Shown here piece after piece: positions 62,793 to 64,000 of a stretch of 64,000 nt of DNA. The position numbers and the translations under genes were made by a program. Origin of the DNA: Candidatus Latescibacterota bacterium (GTDB taxonomy: Bacteria > Latescibacterota > UBA2968 > UBA8231); contig OZ253462.1 in assembly GCA_965261395.1 (NCBI GenBank), positions 3,136,001 through 3,200,000 on the forward strand, written 5' to 3'. The notes under the pieces are model-generated. The model was not told the origin of the DNA, made no database searches, and worked only from the letters and a program-made list of their open reading frames with translations. Every line of letters starts with the position of its first letter. Within the stretch, counting starts at the first letter, position 1.

Positions 62793-64000
62793 ATGATTAT
62801 TCCACGCAGACTTTCAACGTGCATCGTCGCCTTCGTGTGCGGCTGCGCTGCGAGCGATCCGCCGCCCGCGCCCGCGGTGCGCTTTGTCGATGCGACTGCT
62901 GCAGCGGGGATCGACTTTGTGCATACCAGCGGTCGATCCGGGCGCAAATACGGGGTGGAGACGATTGGTTCTGGCGCGGCGTTTTTCGATTACAATCGCG
63001 ACGGGTGGATGGATTTGTACGTGGTCAATGGGGCGGATTTGCCCGGCTACGTCTCGGCGGTGCCGCCGCAAAACGCGCTGTATCGCAACGATGGCGGACA
63101 CTTTGTCGAGGTCGGCGCAAGCCTCGGGGTAGCGGACACAGGCTACGGCATGGGTGCATCGGCCGGGGACTACGACAACGATGGGGACGCCGACCTCTTC
63201 GTCACCAACTTTGGCCGCAACCGGCTCTATCGTAACGAAGGGGCGGCGATGGCTTGGGCTTTTGCGGATGTGACGGCTGCGGCTGGGATCGGGGCGGACG
63301 AGCGGTGGTCAACCGGATCGTCGTTTGTCGATTGCGATCTCGACGGCGACTTAGACCTGTACGTGGCGAATTATTTGCACTACGAATTTGAGCGCGGCGA
63401 ACTGAGTGCGGGCGGAACGCTGCGTTGGCCGCGGCGGCACTTGGCCCCCACCGAATACCCAGGGCAGCGGAATGCGCTCTGGCGCAACGATGGCGGTCGC
63501 TTTGTGGACGTGACCGCTGCGGCCGGGCTGCTGACACTGGAAGGCCGCCAGTTGGGTGCCGTGTTTTTCGACTACGACCTCGACGGCGATCCCGATTTGT
63601 TTCAGGGCAATGACGCCACGCCGAATTTTCTCTGGCGCAACGACGGCGGTCGCTTTGCCGAAGTGGGGCTGGTGGCTGGCGTGGCGTACAACGCCGGCGG
63701 CAAGCCCGAAGGAACGATGGGCGTGGATGTGGCCGATGGCGATGGCGATGGCCGCCTCGATTTGGCGATGACCAATTTCCAGTGGGAGAGCAACACCCTG
63801 TACCACAATGCGGGCGGCGGGATGTTTGCCGACGAATCGCTGGCCGCGGGTATAGCCGCCAACAGCTTGGATAGGCTGGCCTTTGGCATCAACTTCCTCG
63901 ACGCCGACAACGACGGCGATCCCGATCTCTACGTGGCCAATGGCCACATCGACGAAGACATCGATCGGTTTGACCCGCAGGCCACGTACGGTCAGAGCGA
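62793..64000 (+). CDS. CRTAC1-family FG-GAP protein (3' end beyond the window), paralog of the N-terminal part of 54209
   Basis: Hand translation MIIPRRLSTCIVAFVCGCAASD...RFVDATAAAGIDFVHTSGRSGRKYGVETIGSG; open frame to the window end. Confidence 0.85.
   Translation, partial: MIIPRRLSTCIVAFVCGCAASDPPPAPAVRFVDATAAAGIDFVHTSGRSGRKYGVETIGSGAAFFDYNRDGWMDLYVVNGADLPGYVSAVPPQNALYRNDGGHFVEVGASLGVADTGYGMGASAGDYDNDGDADLFVTNFGRNRLYRNEGAAMAWAFADVTAAAGIGADERWSTGSSFVDCDLDGDLDLYVANYLHYEFERGELSAGGTLRWPRRHLAPTEYPGQRNALWRNDGGRFVDVTAAAGLLTLEGRQLGAVFFDYDLDGDPDLFQGNDATPNFLWRNDGGRFAEVGLVAGVAYNAGGKPEGTMGVDVADGDGDGRLDLAMTNFQWESNTLYHNAGGGMFADESLAAGIAANSLDRLAFGINFLDADNDGDPDLYVANGHIDEDIDRFDPQATYGQS

Noticed and set aside
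1-64000. Stop-codon recoding suggested by frequent TAG stops
   Set aside because: Paralogs end at equivalent positions whichever stop is used, and the next gene follows closely.

Overview
GC-rich bacterial window (roughly 60-65% GC by eye) with about 42 tightly packed genes, mostly on the minus strand up to 51.5 kb. I found no rRNA, tRNA, CRISPR array, transposase or stand-alone transcription factor. The gene content resembles Ca. Latescibacterota or related FCB-group bacteria (inference): FlgD-Ig-tailed secreted proteins, C-terminal (S/T)WGxxK tails, DUF6785/6784 membrane proteins and CRTAC1/ASPIC-UnbV proteins. The main structure is an apparently uncharacterised cell-envelope module present in two diverged full copies (A about 5.6-21.5 kb, B about 27.6-51.5 kb) plus a partial third (51.7-62.7 kb). 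Each full copy has three secreted proteins with a TPNGDG-type FlgD/T9SS-type-B-like tail (two of one subtype, one of another), a ~880-aa probable outer-membrane beta-barrel with Asp-rich loops, a CBM9-like SWGxxK protein followed by a strong hairpin, a ~250-aa lipoprotein, a PpiC foldase lipoprotein and a DUF6785 inner-membrane protein. Copy B also has a degenerate M28-peptidase/FtsX fusion and an OPT-like transporter. Other notable features are a PIN/Phd toxin-antitoxin pair inserted with a relic duplicate of the host gene's 3' end, a gene frameshifted by a 10-bp tandem duplication, an unannotated 59-aa symporter-adjacent gene, a small catabolic cassette and a di-heme peroxidase with a type-A-like tail. 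All family assignments come from reading motifs by eye, not from database searches.
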